Source of the DNA: Saccostrea cucullata
Taxonomy: Eukaryota
NCBI RefSeq assembly: GCF_032062105.1
Contig: NW_026919281.1
Location: 62,001 to 126,000, forward strand
DNA: 64,000 nt
Direction: 5' to 3'
Below the pieces are notes generated by a model. That model was given only the letters and a program-made list of their open reading frames with translations, ran no database searches and was not told where the DNA came from. Positions within the stretch are counted from its first letter, which is position 1. Every line of letters begins with the position of its first letter. The translations under genes were made by a program, and so were the position numbers. This document shows positions 60,730 to 64,000 of this stretch, in pieces.

Positions 60730-63232
60730 TATTATTGCAGCCCGGAGGACCGGGCTGCTCTAGAATCAGAATCAGATTCAGTTTATTCTCTCAAACCATA
60801 CAACATGGTACATGAGGAACATAAAGTATATACGATGTCTATAAAGTCGTCAGAGGTACATTTACATATACATATAAGTTTAAGTGTTGGTGTATGGGGA
60901 TTGAGGTGGAAGTAGTTATTTAGAATTAAAGGTTTTCTAAACATTGAAAAGATTGTTAATCAGAATGTTCTTTCCCTTTATAAATTACGAGATACATAAT
61001 AAATTTACTTCTATAAAGTGAATCTGTAAAAATGTATATGTTTTTCATGTTTAATATGTAAAGTTGCTTAGATCATTTACATGTACTATCGAAAAAACGA
61101 AAGCTCCCTTTTTTTAGAATATCGAATTTTACTTCTCGGATAAAAACGTACTCTGCACAGTTCGTGTTTAATATTCTAAAATTGAAAATTAATACATTTT
61201 TAAATAAAGGTGATGCATGTGTCTAACTTCAATTTATATTTTATGCAGCCAACATTTACTTGAGGAATTGATCAAGTTTAAAATGGTATCGTTTTTGTTT
61301 GATTTTTTCCCGACTATAAGTTTTCAAAATATTCGCGACTATCGTTTTCATCAATTAGACGCATACCTTTTCACAATTATCGAAGCGGTTTGATGATCAA
61401 GACTCATTTTCATTGTTTACTTTATATATTTCCCGGGCGACAATTGATGGTTACATCAATGTTTTCTTGTTATAATTATATATTAACTTTACTAATCGTC
61501 AATTGAATTTATGCCCGTTGATCTAAATCATCTTTTCAAAATTGGTTCTTGTAGCTGCTGAAAGTGTAGCGTTATGATTTTATACATACAAGACTTTGAC
61601 TAAAATGCTACAGTTCCCTTTATGCAAATGTTGTGCAATTTATAGCGCAAGTTTTTCTGCGCAGAGATGGGGTTTTATTTCTGAATTTTCTACTTTCAGT
61701 ATTGGACAATCATTTACTGTTGTATAGCTACATATGTATAAAAAAAAGTGTTGAACACAAGATGGCTGGAACCGAACTATTTTATTAAATTATTGCGCAA
61801 AGTTATTAGTACACAAATTAAAAAACTAAACTAATTACGTAAGACACTTCTACACCTTTATCAAAAGTAAATTAAAAATTATTTTACTACCAAACATACA
61901 AATAACTAAGGATATAAGTAAAAAGAATCATTTACATATGATTTAATTTTGTTGGTATTCTAGTCTCTCATTGGTTGATTTCCAAAAAGGAACGCAAATT
62001 ATTTCTTAATAACCTGGTTTGGTATGGGGACACACCCCCTTGACAACCAGCTGAATCATCTGTATCCATACAATCCACTCATTTCCAGTCCTTGGGATTC
62101 ATGGGAAATTCCATATTTAATAAATGTACCTTTAACTTCAAACAGTAGCTCGATCTTACCTCGTGTAAACAAACATCATGGCTGCTAGATCTGTGTATCA
62201 GTTATTACCTCCCCTTGTTTCATTCACTTCCGTTACTAGGGATGTATTATTGAGCGGCAAATTTGAACTCATAACAGCCAACACAATTTCACACCCACAG
62301 TTGTATAATTATTTTAAAATTAAATTATAAGGAATTTCGCGGATTATAAAGCGTAAACTGACCCAAACCAGGTTAACATCGAATAATTTGGTCAAGAATT
62401 AGTCTTTCTTTAAGAAATTACAGCTATTTACAGAGTCAAAATACAATGAACACAAAAGCGTAGAGCACATCTCATTCGAAACCACTGTGCAAGGGTCTAA
62501 TGTGTCTGTAACTGTTCTCTTAGTCATGTTTTTTATTTGTTGAAGTTTTCCTTCGACGCCATCTGTTATCCTCCTTCATCTGTTTGAATTGGCAAGTCAA
62601 CAGACCTAGACTGGCTATAACAGTAGCAACAAGAAAACATTGATGTTTTCATCAATTGTCGCCCGGGAAATATATAAAGTAAATAATGGAAATGAATCTT
62701 GATCATCAAACCGCTTCGATATATGTGAAAAGGCATGCTTGTAATTGTCGCGAATATTTTGAAAACTTATAGTCGGATAAAAATCAAACAAAAACGATAC
62801 CATTTTAAAGTTGATCAATTCCTCAAGTAAATGTTGGCTGCATGAAATATAAATTGAAGTTAGACACATGCATCAACTATTTACAAAAATGTATTTAATT
62901 TACAATTTTAGAATATAAAACACAAACTGTGCATAGTATGTTTTTATGCGAGAAGAAAAATTCGATATTCTAAAATAAGGGACCTGTCTTTTTTTCGAAG
63001 GTAAATGCAACTTTACATATTAAATATGAAAAACATGTATATTTTTACAGATTCACTTTATGGAAGTAAATATATTATGTATCTTGTAATTTATAAAGGG
63101 AAAGAACATTCTGATTAACAAACTTTTCAATGTTTAGATAACAATTCTGAATAACTACTTCCACCCATATCCCCATACACCAATACTTGAACTTATATGT
63201 ATAGGGCAGCCCGGTCCTCCTGGCTGCAATAA
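60730..63232. repeat. Long diverged inverted repeat (arms ~60730-61480 and ~62620-63232)
   Basis: For example ctaaacattgaaaag..ttaatcagaatgttctttccctttataaattac and catttacttgaggaattgatcaa..aaaatggtatcgtttttgtttgatttt occur on opposite strands. The left arm carries a ~105-bp extra segment at ~60762-60868. Confidence 0.85.
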
Positions 63233-63493
63233 ATCCGGGATGTTTGTCGTAGTCTTGCACATCTAATCCTATTTGTCTTAATAATTTTCTGAAGTTCTCT
63301 GTCATTGGTGTCAGGTTTAAAAAAAAACCTTATTCTCACGTCCATAGAGGTATGTACATGTAAACCAAATGTGCATCTCATTTATCATGATTTTTTTCTT
63401 GTTAAAAGAAACGTATTAGCTTCAATGTGAAGTATATTTTATTTTATTTCACACTTAGTAATAAATACAGGTTTTCTGCATATGCGATATGGC

Positions 63494-63614
63494 TGACTTC
63501 ACAATAGCCGTATCAGCCCTACAGGGCTGATATGGATTTGCAGAATTAATAACCTTTATCAGCCCCGCAAATCCATATCAGCCCTGCAGGGCTGATACGG
63601 CTATTGTGACGTCA
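63494..63614. repeat. Palindrome with nested internal palindromes
   Basis: The arms tcacaatagccgtatcagccctacagggctgatatggatttgc and its reverse complement each contain the self-complementary tatcagccct(a/g)cagggctgata. Confidence 0.85.
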
Positions 63615-64000
63615 ATACATGTATCACACCCTTAATAAATTAAACCACAAAAAAATACTTGTGATCATACACAATTTTGGTGGGTTCATATTCTCTTAAT
63701 TTTAACTTTTTGAAAAGAAGATTAATCATAATTTACAAATACATGTAATAGATTATTTTCAAATTACGGATCGAGTGCATTGAAATAGAAGTAGAAACAA
63801 AACCAAATCGTATGAGACAATACATACATACATTCTGACATTTACTTTGTTTGACCTTAATAAAAAGCATTATAAAATTACAAGTGATAAAAATAAATAC
63901 ATACTATGTTAAGTGATAAATACACATAACACACAAGACCTAATCACCAAAGTCTGTCTGGCGTATGAATATAGGGACTACGCCGTTACTGTTTAAACAA

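Overview
AT-rich eukaryotic genomic DNA with spliceosomal introns and one N gap at 17894-18032. The gene families and repeat types point to a bivalve mollusc, probably an oyster (inference). The core of the window is a minus-strand tandem array of four Mab-21/cGAS-like receptor (cGLR) nucleotidyltransferase genes, each fused to a ~300-aa helical C-terminal region. Only copy 2 is intact: two exons, 20715-20640 and 20375-18472, ~659 aa, with exon 1 missed by the ORF track. Copies 1, 3 and 4 are disrupted, almost entirely in the enzymatic half. The array arose by duplication of a two-gene block ([1,2] to [3,4]) and shows mosaic, gene-conversion-like sharing between paralogs. Upstream on the same strand is an intact four-exon HSPA12-like (divergent Hsp70) gene of 570 aa, plus a relic of a paralog's 3' end. 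The intergenic DNA is packed with nested mobile elements: two Ngaro/DIRS-type tyrosine-recombinase retrotransposons with split direct repeats, PIF/Harbinger-, hAT-, Kolobok-, Mutator- and Tc1/mariner-like non-autonomous elements, Penelope remnants, a tRNA-derived SINE, Helentron-like tandem-repeat elements and many short palindromes. All alignments were done by eye; family names rest on motif recognition, not database searches.
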